A DNA stretch of 29,412 bases from Paramoeba atlantica (GCA_977017575.1 CDRNVI010000068.1:1-29412), one strand, 5' to 3'. Positions 9,971 through 19,901 are shown, numbered from the stretch's first letter. A program made the numbers and translations. The notes: generated by a model from the sequence alone, not told the origin.

Positions 9971-10082
9971 CGAAAAAAGTAATAAAATTTGTTTCTCTCA
10001 ATTTATCTAAAAGACGAAAGTCGGCCTGAACATAATCATCAACAATCCTGTGTAATGCTAAACAGTGTTCCTCGACGTTTGT

Positions 10083-11462
10083 TTCTGAGTGATTGCGAAC
10101 AAACTTATTTTTCCGATTCTGCTCACGATCGGCAATGCGCTAATGAGAAAAAAAGAACGTCAGAGCAGCGCTCTCTGGTACGACGATGTAAATAATTTAT
10201 GCTTCGCAGGCATGCTGAATTTCTTACGTAGTTTGAAAATTGTTCGAGAGATGATAGAGCTGATATTGGGGGTACGAACTCGGAATCACGAAACAAAACA
10301 TAATGTTGATAAAAAATATAAACTGTTTCTGAAAAATTAGAAGTCCAAGAAAAAATGTCCAAGGAAGAGTAAGCGTTTTAGTACTGTATTAATACAGTAC
10401 AGCATGTGGTACATGAATGAGTATGTAATGCACCTCAAACTTTCAGGAACTGGATGAGCAATTCTTTCGTCATGATGTACACTATGTACTCTGTGTCTGA
10501 GTATTGATGTAACAAGCATTCACCACCTTTCGACTGAAGTTATACGGTATGGAAAAAAATACACTACATTTTCTTCTAAATAACAACGTTTCCTCCAAAT
10601 AACTGGAATATTCGATGCTTCTATTTCTATTGACACACAATGATTCGGTTTTGCGCATTCTTCTGCATCATCAGTATTACAATTTCTATTATTTTTTGGG
10701 TTAACGGCAGCATACCGTATCAGGTTCCCATATCACAATATGCCATATCACAACACAAGTTACTTCTGAGTGATTGCGAACAAACTTAATTTTCCGATTC
10801 TGCTTCTTCAGATTCTGCTCCCAATCGGGAATGCGCTCATGAGAAAAAAAGAACGTCAGAGCAGCGCTCTCTGGTACGACGATGTAAATAATTTATGCTT
10901 CGCAGGCATGCTGAATTTCTTACGTAGTTTGAAAATTGTTCGAGAGATGATAGAGCTGATATTGGGGGTACGAACTCGGAATAACGAAACAAAACATAAT
11001 GTTGATAAAAAATATTAATTGTTTCTGAAAAATTAGAAGTCCAAGAAAGAATGTCCAAGGAAGAGTAAGCGTTTTAGTACTGTATTAATACAGTACAGCA
11101 TGTGGTACATGAATGAGTATGTAATGCACCTCAAACTTTCAGGAACTGGATGAGCAATTCTTTCGTCATGATGTACACTATGTACTCTGTGTCTGAGTAT
11201 TGATGTAACAAGCATTCACCACCTTTCGACTGAAGTTATACGGTATGGAAAAAAATACAGTATGTTTTGTTCTAAATAACAACGTTTCCTCCAAATAACT
11301 GGAATATTCGATGGTTGATTTCTATTGACACAATATGATTCGGTTTTGCACATTCCTCTGCATCATCAGTATTACAATTTCTATTATTTTTTGGGTTAAC
11401 GGCAGCATACCGTATCAGGTTCCCATATCACAATATGCCATATCACAACACAAGTTACTTCT
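10083..11462 (+). repeat. Tandem duplication, 681-bp + 695-bp units, with TTCT at all three junctions
   Basis: Units start TTCTGAGTGATTGCGAAC at 10083 and 10764 and end CAAGTTAC-TTCT. Copy 2 has a 15-bp internal duplication (TCTTCAGATTCTGCT) and a 1-bp deletion. Each unit holds the perfect palindrome GTACTGTATTAATACAGTAC (10381, 11077). Confidence 0.95.
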
Positions 11463-11550
11463 CTAGTATATCATCGGATAGGTATCATCCGAGTATAAAA
11501 TCACAAATCTTGTAAAGGGCACAATAAAACCAGAGCCTACCAATATTTTT
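10089..11550 (+). pseudogene. Probable decayed hAT-type (DUF4371/ZMYM1-like) transposase fragment, duplicated
   Basis: One frame in unit 1 carries RQSSAL..D (10158), NFLRSLK (10218), FSTVLIQ, LSIDVTS (10497), VIRY (10539), QRFL (10584) and VL..L..GL...R..PYHN (10728). These follow the order of RQGLAL.GHD / NFLELLK / YTS..IQ / ADETTD / VIRY / ERFL / YDxAS. About 6 stops in 227 AT-rich codons. Confidence 0.5.
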
Positions 11551-11596
11551 ATTTTATTTAGGTAAGTGTGATCGCAATTTGATTCAGAGATTCGAC

Positions 11597-11682
11597 ATGA
11601 TGAATTTTGTATAATAGGTTGACATTGCATAAAGCGAAGCATTCTTTTTGCTTTTGCTATTGATGCACGATATACATGCTGA
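11597..11682 (+). ncRNA. Candidate box C/D snoRNA, copy 2
   Basis: C box ATGATGA (11597) and D box CTGA (11679); same 86-nt spacing as copy 1. Similarity drops outside the boxes. Confidence 0.55.
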
Positions 11683-12000
11683 TCTGTTACCTAAAGTACC
11701 CCGGGCACTTTATGATGTGCGCTCTTCTTAATGCAGAAGGTAGAACATGGGATCCATTTTTCAAACATTTCCCAATGATAATATATGATATTTGCCAATG
11801 AACTGTAGCAAACAAAAAGTTTGGTCGCAGCGTGTTCAGCGTTCCCGAAAAACGCTAAGCGCTATTCATAAATTTCTTCCCTATTCATAAATTTCTTATT
11901 AAATCCATGGTGCATAAACTACGACGCTTCCACACATTAACAAAATTTTTAAAACCCTGATTCATATTTCTTTCTTCATTTTTCTCCCCTTCAACCCCTT

Positions 12001-12915
12001 ATGAGCATCCTTCTCCTCCTCTGCCTCTTCAGTCCTCTGCTCGCCGCAACCGTTCCCCCCGCCCACCTCGCACGCCAATACGGCACCCCCACCTCCTCCT
12101 CCGCATGCTACTTTACCCCTTCCTCCTCGGAGCCCCTCCCCGAGCCCTCTTCCTCGGTTCGGCCTCGAAAACCCAAAACCCCCCCACGACGACGTACGAT
12201 TCCGGAACCTCAACTGCATTATCCCCAACGGGTTCATACAGCTCCGAAACAAGCGCAGGCGAAATTCCAGGGGTCAAAATTCCAAGAAAAAGCAAAAGCT
12301 AATAAGCCGCGTGATCCCTTTACAAACGCAAACACGAGATCAGCAAGCTCTAAGCCTCCTGCGGCCCCTCCCCTGCCCTCCCTCGATGAAATCTCGGATC
12401 TTGTAAATTCATTTTTAAAAGATCCGTCGGTTTCTACCGAGATCGAAAACGAGTTATCCCCTCTGGTGGATGAACTCACGAAAACGTTAAAGTCTCCCGA
12501 GTTTGAAAACGAGATGGAGAACGTGGCCACGATGGTGAACGAGGCCAGTGGAAAGATAGCCAAGATGCTGGAAGGCGTCAAGGCGTTTGTGCGGGTGGTG
12601 AAAAAGATGGCCTCCGGGGTGATGGGGCTGGTGTCGTGGTTGGACACCTCCGAGGAGGCCCAGGCCTCGTCCTCTTTTGTGACCAAGATGGTACAAAAGT
12701 GGTTGGTACCGGAGTCGCTGAAAAAGGGGTTCGGGGAGCCCCTGGGGGATTTGCAGCGCTTGATGAAGCAGATGCAAAAAGCGGGGGAGGGAGTGCAAGG
12801 AGGGGAAGCGATGGGGGAAGAGTATGCTGAGGAAGAAGAGGCTGCGGAGGAAGAGGAGGCCCGGGGATGGGGTCATCACTTCCGACGCTGGGTTCCCAGC
12901 TGGCAACGTGAGTGA
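12001..12915 (+). CDS. Hypothetical secreted/surface protein: signal peptide, Pro/Ser-rich linker, amphipathic helical region, acidic tail
   Basis: ATG start after a pyrimidine tract; hydrophobic MSILLLLCLFSPLLAA; 304-aa open frame. No family recognised. Confidence 0.75.
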   Translation: MSILLLLCLFSPLLAATVPPAHLARQYGTPTSSSACYFTPSSSEPLPEPSSSVRPRKPKTPPRRRTIPEPQLHYPQRVHTAPKQAQAKFQGSKFQEKAKANKPRDPFTNANTRSASSKPPAAPPLPSLDEISDLVNSFLKDPSVSTEIENELSPLVDELTKTLKSPEFENEMENVATMVNEASGKIAKMLEGVKAFVRVVKKMASGVMGLVSWLDTSEEAQASSSFVTKMVQKWLVPESLKKGFGEPLGDLQRLMKQMQKAGEGVQGGEAMGEEYAEEEEAAEEEEARGWGHHFRRWVPSWQRE

Positions 12916-13523
12916 GGAGAAAGGTCTCAACACGTTGGTGGGAATGTTGAAAGTGTGTTGCTTTATTCTCTCAAAAATTTATTTTCAAAATGGATTGGAT
13001 GTGCTTTGAAGCCTTTTTATACACGATTTGAAAATTATGTTCGCTACAGCCGTGTACAAAGGGTGTTTTTATGATGTGAGTATTATAACAATAACACACT
13101 TGAATACATAATGTTTTCTCTCGAACAAGGCTGTGTGAGTACGCTATATAAAATTTGAGGTTGTTGATGTCACTTGGGGTTCTTGAATGTGAACGTCAAT
13201 ATTACGATTTTTGAGTCGTTCAATATATTTTTATGAGCAGCGACATTGTACTTTCGCTGTTTGTTCCATAGCACATTACCATAAATATTTATGTGCTTCA
13301 TATCTTGAAACGAGCTCTGTACACAAGAATTATCCCTTCTACCAGAAGAAAATGATTTACAACTACAGTTTATTTTCCTTTCATGCGCCCAGCCTTAGCA
13401 TTTTCTTGATCCCTGCTCCTCTTCAGCGAAGCGAACGTTGTGCCTGACAAAGGCACTTGTACATAAAAAAGCCCTTATCAAAGTGATATTTTCTATTGCA
13501 CCATTGCTTTGAGCTGTTTCACT

Positions 13524-16500
13524 ATGCAGTTTTCTCCTCGACGTAGCGTGGCGCCTCGCCTCTCATCCTCGTTAAATCCCGAAGCCACGACGGATAGTGG
13601 CATTAGAACAACTCTCAATCACATGAAGAGTACTGCGCCCGATGCGCCAATTACTACAGGCGGGCCAAATTTAAGTACGGTATCCTCCAATCCACCTCGT
13701 ACACACACAACTGTACAATTCAGTAGACCTGCAAAACCGCAACTGACGTTTATCCAAAATTCGCACTCTGAAACGCACATACTTCTTCCAAATCCTACCA
13801 GCAGAGCTGTGTCGGATATAATGGTCCAAAACACGAATCCGAATCCTCCATTGCAAAATAGGAGCAGCGTTGACCTAACAAGCTCTCATGAATCTTCTAC
13901 CGCAGCAAATTCTTCAAGGGCTTTAAATACAACCTCATCGGAAAGAAATAGATTGCCACATCTGTATTCATCTCCTCCGAAATTCTGTAAAAGATGCGCA
14001 TCCTCGATTCAGTTTCTTACTTGTCGTAAAGGGGAGAACTGCGGAAAGCATTTCTGGGCGTGCTCCAAAGATGAGATTGGAATTCACACACAGCCGACCA
14101 ACACGTTTCGACGTCCTGTTTCGCATTATTTCGCTTGGCATGGAAATAACCCGTTGCCGGACCCCGCGTGGTTAGAAGAGCGCAGAGTCGAGTTTGAAGC
14201 CCTGAAAAAAGTAAAACATCGTGTTTCGAATCATCAAAACGGAAAAGGAGGTGAAACACAAGGCATCGAACAACCACTTTGTACCGTAATAATCCATATG
14301 GAAGCTGCTATGCTACTGCCCGAATTTCCTGATGCGTTGTGTGTGGCTTTTCCGAATAACGGAGCCCCCGGGGCTGTGATTGACGCGATCTTACGAAAAG
14401 AATTTGAAAACGAATTTCAAGTTCTTTATGAAAATGTGACACAAGATAGCGAGCACCCGAATGCTCTATCACAGTCAAATCCTCTGAGTGCACTCTCTGC
14501 CTTTTCCCAACGAAAACGACGTGATCTTGAGAAATTGAGAAAAAGAATGCAACCAGCGGGAGGGGTCTATTATTTTCCGCTATTACCCTATGACCACATT
14601 TGTCGGGCATTAGAGCAAATCCCGAAGACGGAGTGTACTCGTGTGGTGATCGGTTACCTCCCACAGCATGTGCGCGACGCAGCGGAGCGGATTTTACGTC
14701 TGGAGGCAATGCTCTCAGCAGAACAGGAGGCTGCAAAGGAAGTAGTGCTGAGTCAGAGAGATGGCGAAGGGTTTGAAACTGAGGTGCGAAATCGGAGGGA
14801 CGAAGAAGAAGAAGTCTTCAGCAGAAACCCCCAGCGGGGAGAAGATCAAAACCTCACCCCATATTTGCAGTTGGTGCAGGGACCACCAGCTACTTCGGCG
14901 GGGTGTGATGCGGACGGAAATACTTCCTGTACGTTAGAACCCGAAAATCAAAACCATATTACGGATCACAGCAGTATCCTGGCCTCCTTCGACAATTCGT
15001 TTGAAAACGATTCCAACCCGATCCCCTCCTCCCACGACCACCACCCCCTCGGCACCCCTCCCCCTCCCTCCTTTTCCCAATACGATGATGTTCTTCCCCC
15101 TCCCCCCTCTCCCGCCTCCTCTGTCCCCTTCAACATCCCCGACTCCCTTTACTCCCAACTGCTGCCGTATCAAAAAAAAGGCGTTCAATTTGGTATCGAG
15201 CGCCATGGCCGAATTCTTCTGGGGGATGAGATGGGGTTAGGCAAAACTCTCCAGGCCCTCGCGATTGCGCTACACTACAGTAAAGAGTGGCCACTCTTAG
15301 TCCTGTGCCCCGCCAGTTTGAAACAAGTCTGGCGCATGGAAATTAAACGATGGCTACCCGCCATAGGGGAAGATAAGGTGTTTGTCGCTCAACCCAAAAC
15401 AGGAAAATCCAACAAAGTAAAAAATACTTTTTCGAACACCAACGAATATCAGGTTTGCATTATCCCATACAGTTTAGTAAGTCCCTGGAAAGAGACTTTG
15501 CTGCAAAAACGTTTTCACGTGATTCTGTTGGACGAGTCGCATTATTTAAAAAATGTCAAAGCCCAACGTGTGGTCGCCACCCAAGAGATTTGTAAAGCGG
15601 CCAATCGTGTCGTGCTGCTCAGTGGGACCGCGATCCTGGCCCGTCCAATTGAGTTGTTCCCGCAAATCGATTTGTTATGTCCCGGGTGGATGAGTTATCA
15701 TAAATATGGTCAGCGGTATTGTGATCCGGATGCGGTGTGGCAACGGAATATGGTGGCGCAAAGTTCGAGAAATGGCTATCAAACGCCAGGAAGGAAAAAG
15801 CTTAATTCGTTTCGTCCCTATGAAGGGCACAGCTGTGTTGCCGGGTTGCATTGGTTTCTTCACCGTCAATTTTTCCTTCGTCGACGAAAATCTGACGTCT
15901 TGCCGCAGCTTCCCCCGAAACGACGGCAAGAAATTATGCTCGAGATTAGCGAAAAAGAAAAGGAGGGGATGCACGAACAACTGGAGGCGTTAAAAGAGGC
16001 CCAGGAACGGGAGAGAGGGGAGCTTGAGCTGACATGGGAGAATGGATCTTTTCAAGGCAATCCAAATGCCACAGCATTGTATTACACCACAAGTCTAGCG
16101 AAAGGACCTGCGGTTTGTGAATACCTGAGTTATTTACTTGATGGAGGATTACAGGAGATGACAAGCGTAGAGGAAGATTGCGCTACGCAAGGCATCGAAT
16201 ACAGCCCCGAGAACGCTGCAGAGAATCGGGTTTCCGAGGTACCGACGAAATTCCTGTTATTCGGGTATCATCGGGAAATGTTAAACCGTATCGAGGCCGT
16301 GGTCCAGGAGAAGGAGAAAGAGTGGGACCGACGTCGTGCGCAATCCCATGGAGCTCCAACGGAAGGAACCGAAAAACAAAAGTCCGGGGGTCGTAAGCGC
16401 ACATCGAATGGTGTTTCTGGGGAGGCTGTATACAGTATCCGAAATCTGCGTGATTTACCTGATCAAACCTCCGAGTCAGGAAGTATGTACTATAGTTCCA

Positions 16501-17606
16501 CTTCGAGTACTCCAGGTAATTTCGAGGATGCCACACAAGATCCTATTTTGGTTGGGCCAAATTATTCTGAAATTGGATCCTCTCTTTCCTACATTCGTAT
16601 TGACGGCGAGACCCCGATGGAGAGTCGATCCGTGTTGGTCGAAAAATTCCAAACAGACCCGAATTGTCGTGTGGCTATTTTATCCCTTGCTGCAGCTGCG
16701 ACAGGGCTGAATTTTACCGCCGCCAGTTTTGTCGTGTTCGCTGAACTGTTCTGGACCCCTGCGGTGATGCTGCAAGCTGAGGACCGGATTCACCGCATTG
16801 GTCAAAAAGCGTCCCATTGCACAATTCAGTATTTACTCGTACCCGGGACAATGGACGACGTGCTGTGGCCGATGTTAGTGAAAAAAGTGGCCGTTACGAG
16901 TTCCGTGTTAGACCAGAATCCACAGCCTGGGTTGGAGGTCCATGAGGAGAGTAGAGTCGTGCCACGAAATAGTATTTCGGAAGATGGACAGGAAGGATCT
17001 ACTATGCAAAATGAAAGTGAAAAAGGCGTTCCAAGTGGAGAAAAACAACAACTTGTGGCTTTGTCGGTTCAAAACGTTCCATCACGCCACATGGTTAGCT
17101 CTGGTCCCAATTCAGGATATTCGATGTTAAGGCAAAGCCCGGTGAAGGTTGTAGCCCCGAAAGAATCCTTGGATGAGTGGATTCGGAAGCGTTCGCTTCC
17201 AAACGCAGAACGTTTGGAAGACGAAGCGGACTCATCGAAAATGAACGTACTAAGTCATTCTTCTCGAAACGGCGATATGATCAAGCCCCGAGAACGTCTT
17301 GTCACACGTAATCTGAATGGCGCAGAGTCTTCTATACTCGTTGATCCGTTGAACACGTCAGCGAATAGAAAGGTCTCCGAGTCAATGCCGAATGACGTGC
17401 GAAACGAAGACGGAAATGCATTACATGATGCTCGTGAAAAACGTTTACGGCATCTTCATGCTTGTATGAGCGTTTCAGATGAGCCTCCCGAAAGGAGCGA
17501 GGAGATTCAAGCGCTCGAAATTGGGGAATCACCCAAAAGGGTACCTGTTCGCCATGAAAAAACGTGTGATGGCCTCGGTCTTTTGGACATGTTTATGTAT
17601 GAATGA
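13524..17606 (+). CDS. SMARCAL1: SMARCAL1/ZRANB3-like SNF2 annealing helicase with N-terminal GRF-type zinc finger
   Basis: Motifs GDEMGLGKT, LLDESH, LSGT, YIRIDGETP, ATGLNFTAA..ELFWTP and QAEDRIHRIGQ. CKRC...RKGENCGKHFWAC...HYFAW is GRF-like; YYFPLLPYDHI is HARP-like. First ATG at 13524 (the ORF track starts at TTG 13509). Confidence 0.85.
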   Translation: MQFSPRRSVAPRLSSSLNPEATTDSGIRTTLNHMKSTAPDAPITTGGPNLSTVSSNPPRTHTTVQFSRPAKPQLTFIQNSHSETHILLPNPTSRAVSDIMVQNTNPNPPLQNRSSVDLTSSHESSTAANSSRALNTTSSERNRLPHLYSSPPKFCKRCASSIQFLTCRKGENCGKHFWACSKDEIGIHTQPTNTFRRPVSHYFAWHGNNPLPDPAWLEERRVEFEALKKVKHRVSNHQNGKGGETQGIEQPLCTVIIHMEAAMLLPEFPDALCVAFPNNGAPGAVIDAILRKEFENEFQVLYENVTQDSEHPNALSQSNPLSALSAFSQRKRRDLEKLRKRMQPAGGVYYFPLLPYDHICRALEQIPKTECTRVVIGYLPQHVRDAAERILRLEAMLSAEQEAAKEVVLSQRDGEGFETEVRNRRDEEEEVFSRNPQRGEDQNLTPYLQLVQGPPATSAGCDADGNTSCTLEPENQNHITDHSSILASFDNSFENDSNPIPSSHDHHPLGTPPPPSFSQYDDVLPPPPSPASSVPFNIPDSLYSQLLPYQKKGVQFGIERHGRILLGDEMGLGKTLQALAIALHYSKEWPLLVLCPASLKQVWRMEIKRWLPAIGEDKVFVAQPKTGKSNKVKNTFSNTNEYQVCIIPYSLVSPWKETLLQKRFHVILLDESHYLKNVKAQRVVATQEICKAANRVVLLSGTAILARPIELFPQIDLLCPGWMSYHKYGQRYCDPDAVWQRNMVAQSSRNGYQTPGRKKLNSFRPYEGHSCVAGLHWFLHRQFFLRRRKSDVLPQLPPKRRQEIMLEISEKEKEGMHEQLEALKEAQERERGELELTWENGSFQGNPNATALYYTTSLAKGPAVCEYLSYLLDGGLQEMTSVEEDCATQGIEYSPENAAENRVSEVPTKFLLFGYHREMLNRIEAVVQEKEKEWDRRRAQSHGAPTEGTEKQKSGGRKRTSNGVSGEAVYSIRNLRDLPDQTSESGSMYYSSTSSTPGNFEDATQDPILVGPNYSEIGSSLSYIRIDGETPMESRSVLVEKFQTDPNCRVAILSLAAAATGLNFTAASFVVFAELFWTPAVMLQAEDRIHRIGQKASHCTIQYLLVPGTMDDVLWPMLVKKVAVTSSVLDQNPQPGLEVHEESRVVPRNSISEDGQEGSTMQNESEKGVPSGEKQQLVALSVQNVPSRHMVSSGPNSGYSMLRQSPVKVVAPKESLDEWIRKRSLPNAERLEDEADSSKMNVLSHSSRNGDMIKPRERLVTRNLNGAESSILVDPLNTSANRKVSESMPNDVRNEDGNALHDAREKRLRHLHACMSVSDEPPERSEEIQALEIGESPKRVPVRHEKTCDGLGLLDMFMYE

Positions 17607-18614
17607 GGAGCTAAGGCCAAATTTTCTGTAGAGTGGTGATTTTCCCTGTATATAGAATCAGCACATGATGGTATATTATTACTGGAAAGCTCAGTAATCG
17701 AGGGTAGAGCAGTAGTCATTGCTGTCTTCCTGGTCTTGAGGGAGGGAGGGAGTTCCTCCTTTATGTAAGCCCCCTGGGATTGTGGGGCGTTGGATTGTTC
17801 GCCCGTAGGTAGGTCTTGGAACGCCTAGCCGCACATCTGGCGAAGGGGTGCTTTGTCCTCTACGGTAACGAGGTAACGCTCGCGTCGCTCCTGTCTGGCG
17901 TCCTGATAGAGAAAAATCATCCCGAATCCGAAGGTGGCGAGAAAATCGGAAACCTGTAACACAACGTCTGTCGTGTTACAAAAAATAATAAGTTTTGTAT
18001 TTTCAGGAATCGTACGTAATAAAGCGTTGATATAAACAAACAGAGACGGTCAAGCCGCTTAAAGTAAAGGTCGTGACAACCTTGTCCCTCATGCTCTGCA
18101 GTTCAGCTTTCCGCTTCCGAACGGCACACGCGAGCCATCTCCTCATCCAAGGGAGGGCCCACGGGAGGTAGATCAGGCTCGAGAATGCGAGCGTGCGGGG
18201 GTAGTTCTACGCGAGGGGGGCCGTGCTCGTGACGTGTGAGTGCTCTCCAAACCGGGAAGGGCGCAGGTATTGTCACCGCTGGGCGGAGTATGTGTTTGTT
18301 GGAGAGCTCTGTCGTCGGGAGCTGTGCTCGACACATCCTGATCATGGGCGGTGAGCCTGGGGTTGAAAGGCCGGGCGAAAAAGTAGCACGGCCGGCTGCT
18401 GGGAGAGGTGAAGCTGGTCTCTCTCAAGGGAGGGCTCCACAAATGTCCGCTATTCGAGGGCCTTTGAGAATCGGGAGTGTCCCAAATACAGTTCCGGAAA
18501 CGGTGCCGGTTGTGGAGGAAAACTTTCGACACAACCGGTGGGAGGGGCGGATCCTTCCGCCCGTGGATCATATTTAGAGCCACACTAGGCGTGTGCACGA
18601 GTCCCTTAAGGGGG

Positions 18615-18643
18615 GTATCGTGTATCGAACCGATACACGATAC
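18615..18643. repeat. Perfect 13-bp hairpin
   Basis: GTATCGTGTATCG-AAC-CGATACACGATAC, 24 nt left of the 900-bp element. Confidence 0.85.
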
Positions 18644-18667
18644 ATAGTAGTCCTATTTGATGAACTA

Positions 18668-19568
18668 TTTCTTTTTTAGGCTCTTCGTTAAACGCGGTGG
18701 TTGTTTTCAACTTAGAAGTCACTCATGCTGCGCGCTTCGCGTTGAAAACTACCGCCGCGTTTAACGAAGAGCCTAAAAAAGAAAATTTAGCCTGGAAAAC
18801 GGAAAGATTATAGCCAAAAAATAGCCGAATTTCGGGTAAAAATGGGGTGAGTTTCGCGTATTTTTCCTCTCAGAGCACTAAATCCGACATTTGCTGGGAA
18901 ATCACTTGTAGGCATGAATGGAAGCCTACCGAACGTATTGAGTAGAGAATGCGACTCCAACCGTACCATTCTTTCGACACAAAAATGCCCCTTTAGGTCC
19001 GAAAAATACTTTTTCACCTTTTTTATTCCAAAATGGGTCATTTTGAGGGGCGCACCACGGTCACGCAAGTGATACCTTGCGAAAACAACTGCGGAGAAAG
19101 CTAGTGTAGGTCCCAAACTATCAAAATACAATAGGGGAAGCAATTTTGGAAAAATATTTTTTTTGTCATTTTTTTCGCCAAGTTGAAATTTTTTTCAAAT
19201 TTTTTTTCCGCAAAAATCCGAACTTGGCGGACCCGTCCTGCGGATACGCGGGGGGGTCACCCCCGGGTAGGGGGGTGGAAAATGCGCGCCAAGACTCCGG
19301 CTACCCTTTCTGCGGTTTTTTTTCGGAAACTAATTTTTTCGAAAAAATTTGCTCGACCATGAACCCCCCCCCCTGGACCCCCCCCTGGACCCCCCCCATG
19401 GACCCCCCATTTTTTTCAATTTTTTTTTTCAGTTTTGGTCCACCGGAGCCCCCTTTTATATTTTTTTCTTCTATTATATTACTGTGTTCCCCTTTATATT
19501 TTCACTGTTTTTGTTCACTTTTTTTTCAATAATCGAGGGTAGAGCGGTAGTTTTACAACCACCGTAAT
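18668..19568 (+). mobile_element. ~900-bp non-coding interspersed element, copy 1 (terminal foldback, G-run VNTR, terminal mini-hairpin)
   Basis: Reverse-complement match to 27305-28238 over its whole length. 30-bp perfect IR at 18668-18697/18755-18784. End hairpin GCGGTAGTT-TTAC-AACCACCG at 19544-19564. No TSD seen. Confidence 0.85.
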
Positions 19569-19574
19569 TAACTA

Positions 19575-19901
19575 CTATACCCCCCCTGCTTATGAGTTCC
19601 CCCAATTCTGGTACGGTTATGAGTTCCTTTTTCTAAGGCGAATGTTTTTGTACCAACTTTTCGCGAAACAATGTTTCTTCGAACAGAACAAAAATTCATA
19701 ATTTTCCCAACTACTGTACGTCAGGCTGCTGTATAGACTTGTACACTAAGCGAACAACCTTTTTAGTGCCAGTATCATTGTGAAGGAGAACCCGCGGGCC
19801 CTAATTTTCGCTTTTCTATGGCTCGATTTCAGGTCTGGTACGCTTATGAGTTCCTTTTTCTCAAAACGAGGGAACTCATAAGCAGGGGGGGGGGGGTATA
19901 G
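19575..19901. mobile_element. 327-bp MITE with TIRs and TA target-site duplication (Tc1/mariner-pogo type)
   Basis: TA|CTATA-C7-TGCTTATGAGTTCCC ... GGGAACTCATAAGCA-G12-TATAG|TA. Internal 27-bp direct repeats at 19608-19634 and 19835-19861 contain the TIR core TTATGAGTTCC. Confidence 0.85.

Noticed and set aside
11862-11897. Direct repeat CTATTCATAAATTTCTT x2
   Set aside because: Simple local slippage duplication with nothing between the copies.
18103-18598. Overlapping GC-rich ORFs on both strands
   Set aside because: No motif in any of the six frames; open frames are expected at this GC content.
18808-19567. ORFs called inside the 900-bp elements (also 27303-28183)
   Set aside because: Phe/Pro/Lys-rich translations of homopolymer tracts, with frames not preserved between the two copies.
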